Under the pieces are notes generated by a model. The model saw only the letters and a program-made list of their open reading frames with translations, ran no database searches and was not told where the DNA came from. The translations under genes and the position numbers were made by a program. A stretch of DNA of 64,000 nucleotides from Eledone cirrhosa (lineage: Eukaryota): the NCBI GenBank assembly GCA_964016885.1, contig OZ024740.1, forward strand, positions 248,744,001 through 248,808,000, given 5' to 3'. Shown in pieces: positions 43,785-57,989 of this stretch; position 1 is the first letter of the stretch, and each line of letters opens with the position of its first letter.

Positions 43785-44124
43785 CATACACATACATACA
43801 GCTGAAGTGTTTTGTAGATTGGAAACTGGAGGGTAGGCATCTATATTTTGAATACCTTAGAATTTCCACAGCTTTTAGTGGTTTGTGATTTACTTAAGGG
43901 AATTTCATTTAACAAATACAGGTAGTGAAGTTATTAGGTAGATACAGTTTGGAAATGTTTAAAATATTCATTAAAGGATTTCTTTTTTTTTAGCTACATA
44001 TAAGGATTAAAAATTAAATTAATTTCTTTATAGTAAATATAAATATAGAACTCTGATCCATGCATTTGATAGTTAAAATGTAATTTTTTTTTTTGTTTCT
44101 TTTTAGTCAATCCACAAATCAAAC

Positions 44125-44244
44125 CTCGACCGATTGGATCCAGATTTTCTGCTTTTGGATCTTGAGCCTGATCTGGAACGTGAAGACGACCTAGAGTGGG
44201 AGCGCCGTCTTTTTCTAGAGTGCTGCCTCTCAGTTGAGCGGGAC
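44125..44244 (-). CDS. ZRANB2: ZRANB2 RS-domain exon
   Basis: SRSTERQHSRKRRRSHSRSSSRSRSGSRSKSRKSGSNRS; CAG/GT boundaries, phase 2. Confidence 0.85.
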
Positions 44245-45382
44245 CTGTTATAGACCATGTAGATGTTATAGTCATGTAGTTACAGCACACAAACACACAC
44301 ACACAAACATTTAAAAGAAGACACAGTTTAAACCTTTAAAGATAGCCATAGTTTAATTTCTTACATAAAGGCCATGGACCAAACTCAGACCCTGCTTTTG
44401 CTATGATCATGCTTTTCTTGTATGTGTTCACACTGAACATCAATTACATCAATCTGAATAATCTGGAAGGGCCTGTAAAGATCATAGGCATTTTGCCTCC
44501 TTCTTCAATTAACTTGTAAATTAAAGAGAACCCAGATGGTCAGCCTTTTGTTGTGTGCATTACAAAAAGAGAAAAACAATACTTATTTCTAAGCAATTAT
44601 AAAAAATTAAATAAAAGTATGCATTTTGGCAGTCATTAGACCATAGGACAATTTGCTTTCTTATCGTATTTATTCAAGCCCTCTGCACGTTGTGTTCAAA
44701 TCTCACTGAAATCATCTTTGTGGTTGATGAAATGAAAATACCAGCCAAGATGGTGTACAGGCAGAATAAATAAAAAATGGACGATAGGGCGCGAGGTATT
44801 TGTTTTAGCTGTTTCTGTTCTGGAGTCTTAGGTGGTAGATTTAATCTATCATCTGTTTTAACACTACCACCACCACCACGTCTTTGGGTACATTTAGCAG
44901 AGTTCAAGTTTTAAGATGTTGCCAGGACTCCAGTTTGAAGATAAATTCCTCCTTTCCTCACACCAATCTCAGAGGCACTGAATTCTCTTTGAATAAGCCG
45001 TAAAAAAAAAAAAAAAAAACCTATTGAGCAAAACAATGGCTATCCTTAAAAAGGTAAACAGAAATATTTAGTTCAGAGAAATAACATAAATGAATACAGG
45101 ATATAATTTTTAAAAAATAATAGAAATGTTTTATACAATTGAGAATTTACAATAGAAAGCTAGAATTCAAAAACTATAATATATATATATCATCATTTAA
45201 CATCCACTTTCCCTGCTAACAAAGTACAGACCAAGTCTGTACTAAAGCATGGCCAATGACCTCCAAGTGCATTTTATTGTAGCATCAGCTCTACCAAGTG
45301 TATTTTATTGTAGCATCAGCAGAGAGGTTGTCATGCATTTGACACAGCAGGAGGGTCCTCCCATATGTGTATAAAAATATGT

Positions 45383-45655
45383 ATATTGTTATATTTGAGG
45401 AGGGTCATGTTGCCAGTATTGCCAATAAAAAGAAACACATGCACAATATGATTTCACCTTATCTTTATTACTAGTTATTTGTTAGTTTAAATAACAAACC
45501 AATAACTAGTAATATAGATCAAGTAAAAAAGTGAAAGTCATATGGTGGACATGTTTCTTTGTATTGGCAATACTAGCAACATGATCATCCCCAAATATAA
45601 TACCAGTTTCAACACACAATTTCATATCAATATTCTTGCAAAATAAGTACATAAT
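45383..45655. repeat. Decayed intronic fold-back pLTR (same family as 18130 and 22700)
   Basis: GAGGGTCATGTTGCCAG ... CTAGCAACATGATCATCCCC; further copy at 45875-45970. Confidence 0.7.
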
Positions 45656-46044
45656 TGTATATATAAATCACGATAGAACCAGTTTGAAATTGGTTAGACC
45701 ATTAATCAACAGAGTACTCGATACTTGGGATAGTAGAGTATAGCTATATTATAAAGAGTCAGGACCCGACTGCACAGCCCTTGCTGTTGAAACGGCAACA
45801 GCTCAGCCGTCAGGTCCCAACTCTTTATAACATACATATATATATATATACATATACGTATATACACATTTATATAGTGGTATACTTGGGGAGGGTCATG
45901 CTGCCAATATAACACATGCACCTTTTGGTTTTCACTTCAATTTATTATAAATTTCTAGTTGATTAGTTTAATAGGGTTAGGGTTAATATAATATAAATAT
46001 CCCTTCCATATACTGTACCGATTGTGTTATTTCTGTTTACCTTT

Positions 46045-46125
<81 letters not shown>

Positions 46126-47113
46126 AGAAATATATATATATATATATATAAAAATATATATAAATATATATATATAAATAAATAATATATACACACACAA
46201 AGGATTAGTAGGAGCCTCCAGCTGTACAAAAGACATAACTACCTCCCTAGTGCTGGTGCCACAATAAAATACATTCAATTGAGAATGAGAACATTTTCTA
46301 AGCAGGATGCAGGCTCTCAGCCTACTTGCCCACCTAGTAGATAGATTGCAGAAACACAAGTATTATGGAGGCCTGAATAATCTGGGAGGTCAGTAGCTCT
46401 GTTTGATAACTGACTCAGTCTGTGACAATCTTCCCAACCCTTGCTTGAAATCATGGCCAGAATAACCTTTTGATATCCTGTGTCTTTACATACTGTCATT
46501 ATGGTTTAACTCCAGTTTCACTAGCAGTTAGGCCAGGTTTGAGCTCTGCTATTGTAGAATGCACACATCTAACCAATGAAATCTGTATTCCACTTCATAA
46601 TATATATCACAATACAAAATATTTTTACATAACCATTTCTCATGCCATAGTTTTTTGGGGTTTTGTTAAGTGTCATATGACTAAGAGAAGAGCAGGCAGT
46701 TATGGCCAATCTGACTATACACAGGTTATTAATAGCTATGATGTTTCCAATAAGTGAATGTTCGCTAAGCTTCATCAGAAAAGTAATCGCTTCTGAACAT
46801 TCACTTTGCTGAAATATCATAACTATGTTATAAAATCAATAAATCAACCTATATAATTACTCTATTATAAATATTGAGCTATACCTCTTTTGTGGGTTAC
46901 TAAGATCACTAGAACAGAACCCAATATATATATATATATATATATATACATACCCTGGTGTTTTGAGACAGATAAGCGCCACAGACCTACAGGTTTTTTT
47001 TTTTATATAAAAAAAAACAAACAGGGAGACAACTCTCACATGGCGGCCACCCGAGAAAACTGCATAAGAGTATTTTATTCTTCATTTTTTTTTTTACCCA
47101 TTTTACCAGTTAC

Positions 47114-47502
47114 CTGGACCTGGAGCCTGAACAGTTTCTCATCTGGGGCTGCCTCTTCTTCCTCTCTGATGATGTTGCATGTTGGTCCGAGACAGCACTG
47201 GACACTGAGGAAGACCGGGAACGAGATCGGGAAACAGACCGTGAATGTGAGCGCTGGGAACTGGAGCGGGATGAACGGCTGGAAGAAGAAGAAGGACTGC
47301 GCGAGTACGACCGAGAACGACTCCGTGATCGGCTGCCTGAACCAGATGATGAACTAAAGCTGGACTCTGACTGAGAGGAGGACCGAGATGAACTTGACCG
47401 GGAACGCGACTTGCGACTTTTTGATTTGTCATTCTCTTCTTCAGAATCAACCAGGTTATATTTAGATAAATCACCATCATCTTCATCATCTTCCTCCTCT
47501 TC
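47114..47502 (-). CDS. ZRANB2: ZRANB2 acidic + RS exon
   Basis: EEEEDDEDDGDLSKYNL...SRSRSRSRSYSRSPS; CAG/GTAACT; 389 nt, phase 0 to 2. Confidence 0.93.
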
Positions 47503-48761
47503 CTGTTGGAGACATAAGTTCAATAAATTAATGGAAGCTTAAAAGGAGTGGAAGCAAGTGGAGGGATGAAAAGAGGGGTGAGAAAAGTAGTGAGGGGAGT
47601 AAAAAAGACATGTAAGAAATGAAGAAAAAAAGAGGACACAGAGAAGAGAAAGAAGTAACAAACAAATGGTTGTTTTTTAAATAAGTCAAAATAGAAATAT
47701 AGCTAACTTGAGGATTTCATTAACGGTAAAAATTGAAATTATGCAGGTAGTCTTAGACAAGTATCTTGATCAGGGACACTATAGGATTACTTAAGGCTGT
47801 ATACAAACCTACCATCTGTTAAGAAGTACAGTGGTTTATTTACAAGGGAGGGTGAATTACAGCATCATCATAATCATCATTATATTTTATGTATACTTTC
47901 CATGCTGGTATGGGTTGGACAGCTCATCATGATCTGAGTTCTTATTCAGAGGACCATTACCACATTTATACATTTTATTTTTGGCACTGTCTCTATGGTT
48001 GGATGCTCTTCCTAATGACAACCACTTTATAGAGTGAACTGAGTGCTTTTTATCATGGTACTAGCACTAGCGAAGTTGAATGATTTCAAGGTGACAAATT
48101 TTGGAGGGGTGGGAAGATATGAAGTTTGGGAAAGACATAATTTGGTCCTCCGTCTGAAAAAAAAAAAACAAGCGTGGTCACAGCTGGAACACTTTTGATC
48201 ATAAGTTATCATAATCAAACTGACCTGAGGTTAAACCACAAGAATAACAACACTACCAAACTCACTGGATAATGTAGTCCTATATATATTATGATAAAGA
48301 AATTGACGTGGCTGAGTGGTTAAGACTGCTTCACAATAATTAAGTCTCTGACACAATCCCACTGCATGGTATATTGTGCAAGTTTTTTCATAGCCTCAAG
48401 ATGACCCTGGCCTTGAGAGTGAAATTGGATAGAGTGAAATTATTTGGAGATCTGTTGCTTGGACTAACTATATTTCAAAGTTACAGCTATGTCACACATT
48501 GTGTCATGCTGATTTGGATTGAAAATTACATTAAGGGTACATATTTGTAGAATACTCAGCCATTTACACATTAACTTAACTAGTTGGTTCTAGAGTTGTT
48601 GAACAATGGAATGCTCAATGTTGAAATTGGCAGAGGTTCCACAGTCTCTAATAAAAAGAAAGGATAATCACAGCTGAATCAAGCTTTCATCATAGGTCTG
48701 CTCAACCAGGACTAACCTGGGACTAAACAACATCTATTGCATAACAAAAGAAAATATTCAC

Positions 48762-48932
48762 CTCAGAGTCCAGTTTGTACTTTGATACATCAGCACCCCC
48801 ATCCTCCTCTTCATCTTCTTCTTCTTCCTCTTTGTTGTCATCCTCATCCACACTCCGAGCAGTCTCTTTCTGTGTGTTTCCCTTATCTTTTTCATCATCA
48901 GCTTTGCGGAACTTTTTCTTTTTACGACCAAA
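48762..48932 (-). CDS. ZRANB2: ZRANB2 exon
   Basis: FGRKKKKFRK...ADVSKYKLDSE; TAG/GTGAAT; 171 nt. Confidence 0.93.
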
Positions 48933-50329
48933 CTAAACATGGCAGAAAACAAATAAACAGAGATAAGAGTGCAAACAAAAGTACAAGATATCATATGTTT
49001 GAGGAGAAAATGGAAGTGGGTAGCGCATCTGACATAAGCATGACAATAGATGAACAAAGTTATAGACAGAATGGAACCTGGGGTAGAAGGCAGGGTCAGC
49101 AAGTTCAAAATATGAAATGGAGGGGTGAGATTGATAAGTTTCTGGGTATTGCATGGATGAGAGTAGCACAGGATAAAAACAATTGACACTGGCTTGGAGA
49201 GCCTGTCATCATGCAGTGGGAAGAAAATATAACTACCCCCACCTAAACTGTTTGACCAGAATATGAAAGATTTTGCCCATAACCTTTGTGTTCTTCCAAG
49301 TAAGAAAGTCTGGATGAAGTAAGGATTAATGTTAAATATGATATACTGTTTATCAATATTTATTAAAGCAGCAAATTGGCAGTTATTGGAGAAGAATAAA
49401 ATGCCTTGCATTATTTGTTCTAGCTTTTTGTACTCAGCGTCCATCACTGAGGTCAACTTTACCATGTATCCTTTCAGGGCCGATAACATAAAATACAAGT
49501 CAAAGACAGTAGATTAGAGGAATTGTTAGAGTAGTGGATGAAATGTAGTGCAGTATTTGTTCAGATTTCAAACCCTTTTGTGTGCATATAACACAATCAA
49601 AGTCAAGTCTTCATTTTAAGGATACCGTTCATCGTCCCTCATACTAGCCAGAGGCCCTGAAAAAGAGTCATAGACACTGTCCTATACACTGATTAAAGAG
49701 AGGGGGGGGGGGGGCATTGTTTTGTTTTTTTTGTCAGACAACGTACCTCATACTAACTTTTTCAACATTTCCTTCAGTCATAATGCATCTAGGACTATAT
49801 TTACCGTGTCCTTGCTTTTTAAAAACAATAGGGTGAAACCTGAAGAACAGCTGGCTGCTACTTCTGGCATGTCATGTAATCAGTTACAGATTCCCAGATG
49901 TTTTGATGTCTACTATGGAAATCTTTCATAATGACATAAACGTTATTCTTTTTACTCCTTTCACTTTCAGATGGTCAACTGACTTCTAGATTTTGTCCTA
50001 TTTCCATCGAAGTCCATCAACAAATACACAAAGGTTTCTCTATTAAGACCAAATGACCTCTTAGAAATGGTTATGAAATTCACCCTCAAATCACATCGAT
50101 CCATCTTAAAGAGAGGAAGGACATATAACAATATAGTCTATGATATGCTATGCTTAGAAATTTAAAAAAAAGGATTTTTAAATGTGTAACGGAATACCTT
50201 TAATCATATATCTGTACAATCAAAGATGACTTGGGAGGAGTTAACAAACATGAAATACTCTTAAAGCAATATAATGAAATAAACATCCAGCAATCTGAAC
50301 AACACAATAATGACAAATAGAGGTTAGTG

Positions 50330-50680
50330 CTCCTGTAACTGAGACAGATCAGTGCTAACACAAATGAGACAGATCAGTGCTGACAAAAATGATTGACAGA
50401 TAGATCAGTACTGACACTAATGACAGACAGATTAGTACTGACACTAATGACAGCCAGATTAGTACTGACACTAATGACAGCCAGATTAGTACTGACACTA
50501 ATGACAGCCAGATTAGTACTGACACTAATGACAGACAGATTACTACTAACAATAATGACAGATGGATTAGTACTGACACTAATGTCAGTCAGATAGATTA
50601 GTACTGATACTAATGTCAGAGAGATTAGTACTGACACTAATGACAGGCAGATTAGTACTGACACTAATGACATGCTGATA
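50330..50680. repeat. 27-bp minisatellite, about 12-13 copies
   Basis: GATTAGTACTGACACTAATGACAGCCA unit; explains the 9-aa repeat ORFs. Confidence 0.93.
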
Positions 50681-50699
50681 CTAAATACTCTCAACTTAC

Positions 50700-50779
50700 T
50701 TCATCATATTCATCATCAGATTCATTCCTTTTGATGTATTCTACAACTTCATCTCTCTCCATATAGCCACCACCATAAC
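50700..50779 (-). CDS. ZRANB2: ZRANB2 exon
   Basis: GYGGGYMERDEVVEYIKRNESDDEYDE; CAG/GTAAGT. Confidence 0.95.
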
Positions 50780-51477
50780 CTGTATAATAAACATAAAAGA
50801 TGTTATAAAGATGTTATAAAGATCTAATAAAAGGCACTGCCTACAAATCATTTTAAAAATTATCAAGAATTTTGAAAAATTTAGTGAAATAATTAAATTT
50901 GTTTGGAAAGGTTTTTTCATAAAATTATGAGGGAAGAGATTTAGATCAATATAAAAAGTACATAATAAACGGCCTTTTATCATAGAATCAGGGGTTGTTT
51001 CAGAAGGTTTGGTGTGAAGAGATTTAAACTTCTACCAACTACATTCATCATTGTCGCTTTTGTTTTTTTCCATGCTGACATGGGTTACACAAAACTTTCT
51101 ACAGCTGGATGCCCTTCTTGTTGACAATCAATAGTTGTTTCATAATCTTTTTTCAAGTAAAATACTGATTTTTTTTTTTCACATGGAACTGAGCTGCAGA
51201 TTATTAACAAATACCATTGTATGTCCAATTGGTGTCAATGCGAAACAAAAACAAACATACATAAAACAGGGTTTTGCAGAGTGTCCATCTACCAATTTTA
51301 CTCACAAGGCATATAGTACAAGGTATTTGCCTCAGGTACCATGCAGATAGATTGAATCCAAAAATATGCAGTTGCAAAATGAAAATCAGACAGCCATGCC
51401 TGTGCCTATTAGAATATGTAAAACATAACCATATATAACTTAAAAAAACAATAGAAATTAACAAAAGAGCTACTTAC

Positions 51478-51560
51478 CCGTCCGTGGTTCAATCCTACCA
51501 TATTTTGGAGCATTACACATATTACAAGCTGTCCTTCTAGCCCAGTTCACATTACCACAA
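51478..51560 (-). CDS. ZRANB2: ZRANB2 exon (RanBP2-type zinc finger 2)
   Basis: CGNVNWARRTACNMCNAPKYGRIEPRT; TAG/GTAAGT. Confidence 0.96.
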
Positions 51561-52535
51561 CTAAAACAACACAAGAGATATTCAACAGTTTTGTCTATAG
51601 TATTACAGAAAAGTTTTTCATATCTCTCAGACAATAAGTTTAGAAATAGTTTCAGAGCAGATATCATATCACCTGCTATCTCTCCTTGGTTAACTTGTCT
51701 GGGACGACAAATATTCTGAAATATGACTCACAACTTCTCATGTTTCCTTCTGACACAAGTACATTACCTTGTTGGAACCTGCAATTTTCACCCATCATTC
51801 AGTATCCATTCACAACACATCATATGTCAATATCAATTATAGGCAACAAATTAACAGAATTGTTAAAGTATTAGACAAAAGGCCTTATGGTATTTGTTTT
51901 AGCTTGCTGCAACATAAGTTCAAATCCTCATGAAGTTAATTTTGCCCTTCATCCTTTCAGAGTCAATAAAATAAAATACCAGTCAATGGCAGCAGATAGG
52001 TGAAATTGTACCCCTCAAATCACAACCTATTATCATAAAAAAAAAGGAAAGGACATATTAGATAATGTAGTCCTAGAAAGCTCTAAAAAATGTGATGGAC
52101 ACAGCTGGAATTCATTTGATCATCAGTCTTCTCAATCAAGGTTGAGCTGGGACTGAGTAATAACCACTATATAAATAGTTTACTAAGCCCCTCCAAAATT
52201 TTGGTTATATTAAAAATTAAATGAAACACATGAGCAGCAAATTTTGTATGAATTTCTGAGATGATAAACTGACTAATGTCCTCATCTTGGTTGTTGTAGT
52301 CACAACATTCTGTCTGTTCAATCCTCTGGCCTTCTTCAAGTGCTTGTTGTATTTGATAATACAAAATTCAAAGAACAATACCAAATAGAACTAACACCTG
52401 CACAAGGCCAAACCATTGTGACTATAACAACGAAGATGAGGTTGTTAGCCTGATTAATTCAATGTATAACACAGATAATAGTCTATTTGTTAAGAATATA
52501 TGGAAGAATTAAAACAATGTGATTTAAGTTCTCAC

Positions 52536-52641
52536 CTTTTACACTGCCAGTCATCAGCACTGAATAGCCCCCGACTTTTCTCTGCCATTGCCTTGCCAAT
52601 CTCTGTGCCTCCTTTTTTGTATGAGACTATTTCTTTTTTAT
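52536..52641 (-). CDS. ZRANB2: ZRANB2 exon (inter-finger linker and start of finger 2)
   Basis: KKGGTEIGKAMAEKSRGLFSADDWQCK; TAG/GTGAGA. Confidence 0.96.
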
Positions 52642-53564
52642 CTAAAAAACAATGATAGGTTAATTAAATGAGACATATTTTGTAGAGAGCCAACAAGAAT
52701 TTCTAATTGATTGTTTGACTTGCTAGAAATAACAACTAAATCTCCATTAAATGACACCTTCTCTTAAGAAAAAATAATACTTTACATAATGTAGTCCTAG
52801 ATACATTGTATAGGTGGTGAAGTAGCAGAATTTTTAGAGCACTAGATTAAAGGCCTCACAGTACTTGTTCTGGCTCTGATTTCAAATCCTACTAAGGTCA
52901 ACTTTGCCTTTGATTCTCTCAGGGTTGCTAAATAATACACAAGTTCAAGTCAGTGGATTGGTAGGATTACGAGAGCATCTGACTTGATGCCATGCAATAT
53001 CTCTAGGCCCTTAGTGTTTTGAGTTCAACAATATTGGTGCCAAACTGTATCCACCTTTGTCTTTCTCTTGGACCACATTGGTGGCATTGGAGAAGGGAGA
53101 TGTAATACATGCATAGGCAACTGGTGAACTTCCACATGAAAAGGTTCCAGGGCATTGCAGGAGAAACTTTCCAAGTGCTGTTCCCAGGCTATATATACCA
53201 TACTTGAAAAGACAGTTTGGTCACAGTTTGAATTCCTTTGATTATGACTGTGTGAGGATTACACATTAACAACAGAAAGGAGACATTAGGTAATATAGTC
53301 CTAGATATATTATGCCTGATTAAAAGATGGAATTCGCAGCTGGAAAATCTTTGATCATAATTCTGCTGTCACAGCTAACCTACAACTAAACAGGAATGTA
53401 TTTTACAGCATGGTCCAAAATCCAAAACCTCAAATCAATATAGTGTATCTAGGACTACATTATCTAATGTGTCCTTCAAATGAAGTGTATCTAAGAATAC
53501 ATTATCTAATGCATTTTTCAGACAGTGTATTTAGAACTACATTACTGTTTCCTTTAAATATAAT

Positions 53565-53727
53565 TGTTTCTACTTTAGGCACAAGGCCAGCAATTACCCA
53601 GTGCATTACTGGTACTTTATTTTATCGACTCCGTAAGGATGAAAGGCAAAGTCAACCTCGGCGGGATTTGAACTCAGATCGTAAAGGGACGTAACTATAC
53701 TGGAAAGCATGGCGTCCGACCCTCTAC
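53565..53727 (-). mobile_element. Young tRNA-derived SINE with long TSD
   Basis: Same family as 15882; CTGTTTCCTTTAAATATAAT on both sides. Confidence 0.9.
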
Positions 53728-56700
53728 TGTTTCCTTTAAATATAATGTATCTAAGACATAAAATGCATTCTTAAAACATAAAACATTTAAAACTACATTA
53801 TCTGATATGTTCTTCAAACATTATGTATCTAGGACTACATTATCCAATGTGTCCTATTAACATGGTAGGGTGTAGTTTGAGAAAAAGTTTCTGCTTTTTT
53901 TTTAACAGATCAAGTCAACATGTGGAGTCTCCCTTGTTCATATTTTGGCAGTGGGTGTTGCTTTTACTTTACATATACTAGCTGTTGAGCTAATAAAAAG
54001 GTTTCAGCAGCAGGGTAAGTTCAGCTTGATTACTACCAATATATTATGACACAGTAGAAAATACTAGTCTTGTTGAGAACATAACAACCTCTCTAGTGTT
54101 GCTACGATGATAAAAATGCACCCACTACTCTCTATAAAGTGGTTAACAGTCAAACAGAAAACACAGTGTAGTGAGGACTCTTTAGTTATGTCAAGGGCAA
54201 AACATTCTTTCTAGTAATGCCATGATAAAATGCACCCACTACACTGTAAAGTGACTGGTGTTAGGAAGGGCATCCAGCCATAGAGACCATGCCAAAAATG
54301 GAATGCATAAAGACATGGTCCTCCAACAAGCTTAAGAAATCAATAACTCTGAATCAGTACTAATTCCAGCTGTTATAACCCATCTAACCCATGCAAACAT
54401 GGAAAGTGGATGTAAAATGCTGTTGCAGATAATGATGTTACATTCATGTATGTAAACATTTTCTAATATTTTGTAAATTCAATATCTTTGAAAATAAGAT
54501 GCCAAAAATAGGAAAATGTTTTTCAAGAATAATCTTAATTACCCATTTTGGAAATTTTCTCTTTCTCGGTAGAGACAAGCAAATCACAACTTTCCTCCTG
54601 GAATAAGAAAAATATTTAAGATTAATAAAAGACAATTTTTGTTTTATTATTAATTTCTTTTAATGCTTTTATGGTTTGAATGCATTTTGTCAAATTTGAA
54701 CTTTTTTTTATGACAAGAGTAATTTTACAATTAGATGTTTCACCTTTCTTTCCTGCCACTAACCATAGTACAACAGTGTAATAAAAATGGAACCTGTTGT
54801 CAATTATTTGGGAAGTGATCATGCTCAATATATAAAAAGAAAGGTGTAGATAGGAATTCTATACAGTATATCAAATGTAAACTATGGGTGCAAAAGGAGT
54901 AGTGGAGTCAGAGGCAGGCTGACAGAAAAGTGCACTTTGAAAATGCCAGATGTACATGAGTAGTTAGAGAACCCATGAAATAAATTCTTTCCAATTCTCA
55001 GAGAGCTCCTTAGTAGTTAGTTGGTACATTCTCTTACTTACATGATCTAATTGTGGAGGAAGGTGCTTCAAAAATATAGTAGCAAGAGTAAGAAAGGTTT
55101 AAAATTGTTAATTCTTCTGACAGAGTGAAGGATCGATGGTATGAGGTGTGTGTATAAAGTATGATGTTGCATGGTAGTGAAACAAGGGTATTAAATGAGG
55201 CTGTGTGAAGGCTGGAAGGTGAGCATGCTCTGTTGAATGCGTTATGTTAGATGAGCTGAGAGAAAAACGGGGTGGAACAGAAATCAGATACAGTAGGCAC
55301 TCTGTAGGGACATATGATGTATGTAGAGAATGACAGTTGGGTATTGAAATACCAAGAGATTCAATAGGAGGCAACTTGTGAAAGATGTGGTGAGGCTGAT
55401 CTGAAAGAGGTAACAAAGGACTGCAACAAGTGGTGAGATGGAGTTCTAGTGAAGAGCCATCAACATGCAAACAAGCATGTAAAATGGTGATGACTCACAT
55501 GTACATTAATGAAGTAGTGTGTTGAATATTGTAGGTCAGATATATGCTTTGGTGATCAGGTTTCTATATGTACAGTAATTCCATACAATGTGAGTGACAT
55601 GATTGATTTAACACTCAGAAACAGGTAAATAGTAGGTATACATAGAGAGAAAATAACAAAAGTTTATGTAAATATATGCATGTGTGTGTGTACACATGCA
55701 TATACATTTATGTAAACAGACATGCACACACAAACACAAAAGAGCATTCAATAGTTCATATAAGAGGTTGGCAGTTAATAACTCATGGTCATTACTCAGA
55801 GTTTCAAAAAGACAAGAATAATTTTCTTTTTAAAAATTTGAGTTCACTTGGATAACATTGACAACTTAAACACGAAGACAATTGCCAACCAGACTCAACA
55901 TTTGTGGATCTGTATGTGACTATATAGGCCAATGCAGAAGGACCAACAAAGTGAGGGATGCTTGTGCATAATTTATTTTAATGATAGAAACACTTGCACA
56001 ATTTTTCTCATGGAGAAGCTATTGCACACCAGTTTCCTCACGACTGATAGTGAGACATCTTAGTTCAATGGTACAGGGACTAAGATAATTAGAAGTAACA
56101 AACAAAGTCATTATCGCCCCTATTACATCTCTTAAAGGTATAGGACCCACCTCATTCTATTCTGCTGGACTTTGGACTTCACCATAATCCTATATACGTA
56201 CATATATCTACACAAGAGAAGTTGTTAACACTTGCCTGAAGTAACACCTAAAACCTTTGCTTGATATGACTAGATCATGTAAGGGTCAAATGGCAAGACA
56301 CAGAGTCAACTTTTCTAAAAACGACATGTTAGAAATAGAGAAGGGGGCAGAAAACAAAAACAGTTGATTGCTATCATCATCCCAAGAGAATTATTTTAAA
56401 AAAATCTTTTTGTAAGTCTAAATACAATTTCTTGTATCCAGGGGTGGGGGGTGGGATGATATTCATGGCTTTCTCAAAGATGAAAATGAATTGAAATAAA
56501 ATAGCACACATACTCATGTATAAAATATGTCGAATCTAACATGCAACTTTACTGGACCTACAAAACTTCAATTCAAAAATATATAGTAAATATACATACT
56601 TTATTGATAATTATAATAGTAAAAACAATTTAATAGAAAAAGAAAAAAATTGATTGAGAAGAAAGAATAGAATAAAATAAGAAAATACAAAAACAGAAAA

Positions 56701-57439
56701 GGAAGAGAAAGGCTCTATCAACACAGGGGAAGGGAGAGGGTGATGGGCTCTACTACTCTTTCCTTGTCTATAACTATAACTGCTGTTGTGAGTCCCAGGC
56801 AACCTTCAGCTATGATCAAAGGCATTTCAGTCATGACCATCTTGTCGTGTTGTATATCAAGGATGAAGCCCATGCAAAGCTGATAATTGTCCCAAGACAG
56901 ATGTAAAATATAGACCAACGAAACTGGTATTAGTTCCAAACCAGATGTGAAGTGCAGAGGACATTTTAAACTAATCATGAAGTATTTTAGTAATCAGTAT
57001 TAATTACACATCATCACTGTTTAATGTCCATTTTTCCATGCTAGCATGGGTTAGAGGAGTTGTATTGTTGTGAGATAGGCCAGATCAGGTTACCATGTCT
57101 TGCTCATACAGAACTGATTTTGGCTTGGTTTCTACAGCCGGATGCCCTTCCTAACACCAACCACATTCATAGTGAGTACCGGGTGCTTTTGTTGTGACCG
57201 CCTACATGCCCACTTTAGTGTGGGCTGGATGCTTTTTTGTCGTGACACGTACATGACCACTTTACAGTGTTGCCTGGACCTTTTTTTGTTGTCACCTACA
57301 CGACCACTTTACAGTGTGGGCTGAGGACTTTGATGGGAAAGGTATGTGGGGATTGAGGAGGAGGGTATATGGGCGTGTGTGAGGCATGGGAAATGTATGG
57401 AAGAGTAAGGTGAAGTTGGTGCATACTATATACATGCTT

Positions 57440-57830
57440 CAGCCTGTGCTCACGGGAAGGTAGGTCTTCTGTATTACTGCATAACGCCAGAGATCCTGGT
57501 CCTGTGTCATCAACTTTGAGAGGTGCAATTGTGCAAGGTCAGCTTTTATCCTCATCCCAAGTCTTCCTACTCCATAGCTTCCATCAACTTTGAGCATTCT
57601 GCACCTTTTTATACAGTTGCCTTCCTTCATATGCATCACATGTCCATATGAAAGCAATCTCCTCTCCTGCACACTGCATGATTCCTCTTATGCCTAGTTT
57701 CTCTCTCAGTTCGTTTATGCTTTACCATTCATGTATATTACGATTACACAGCCATTGGAGCATGCAAGCTTCATTTCTTTCCAACCTTCATAAGTCCTCT
57801 GCACAGCACCCAGGCCTTACTACCATGCGA
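57440..57830 (-). mobile_element. RTE LINE 3' fragment (family of 32335-34090); a plus-strand relic also lies at ~55110-55480
   Basis: RRLLSYGHVMHMKEGNCIKRC. Confidence 0.75.
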
Positions 57831-57989
57831 CATATACATACATCATACAATCTCTAACTAGTTAGAGAAGAAAACTCAAATCGTTCATTCATTTTGTTTC
57901 ATTTACCCTTCGGATTTTCTACAGCATTGTACTGGCTTTTAAAAAAACTTATTGGCCATTTACTACATACACACACACACATATATAGA

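Noticed and set aside
45972-45984. Telomeric TTAGGG remnant
   Set aside because: Only about two units; chance or trivial
48758-49498. 246-aa ORF as an independent gene
   Set aside because: Intronic SINE/LINE debris running into an off-frame reading of a ZRANB2 exon
50330-50680. CRISPR-like array or repeat protein
   Set aside because: Head-to-tail 27-bp units without unique spacers, in a eukaryotic intron
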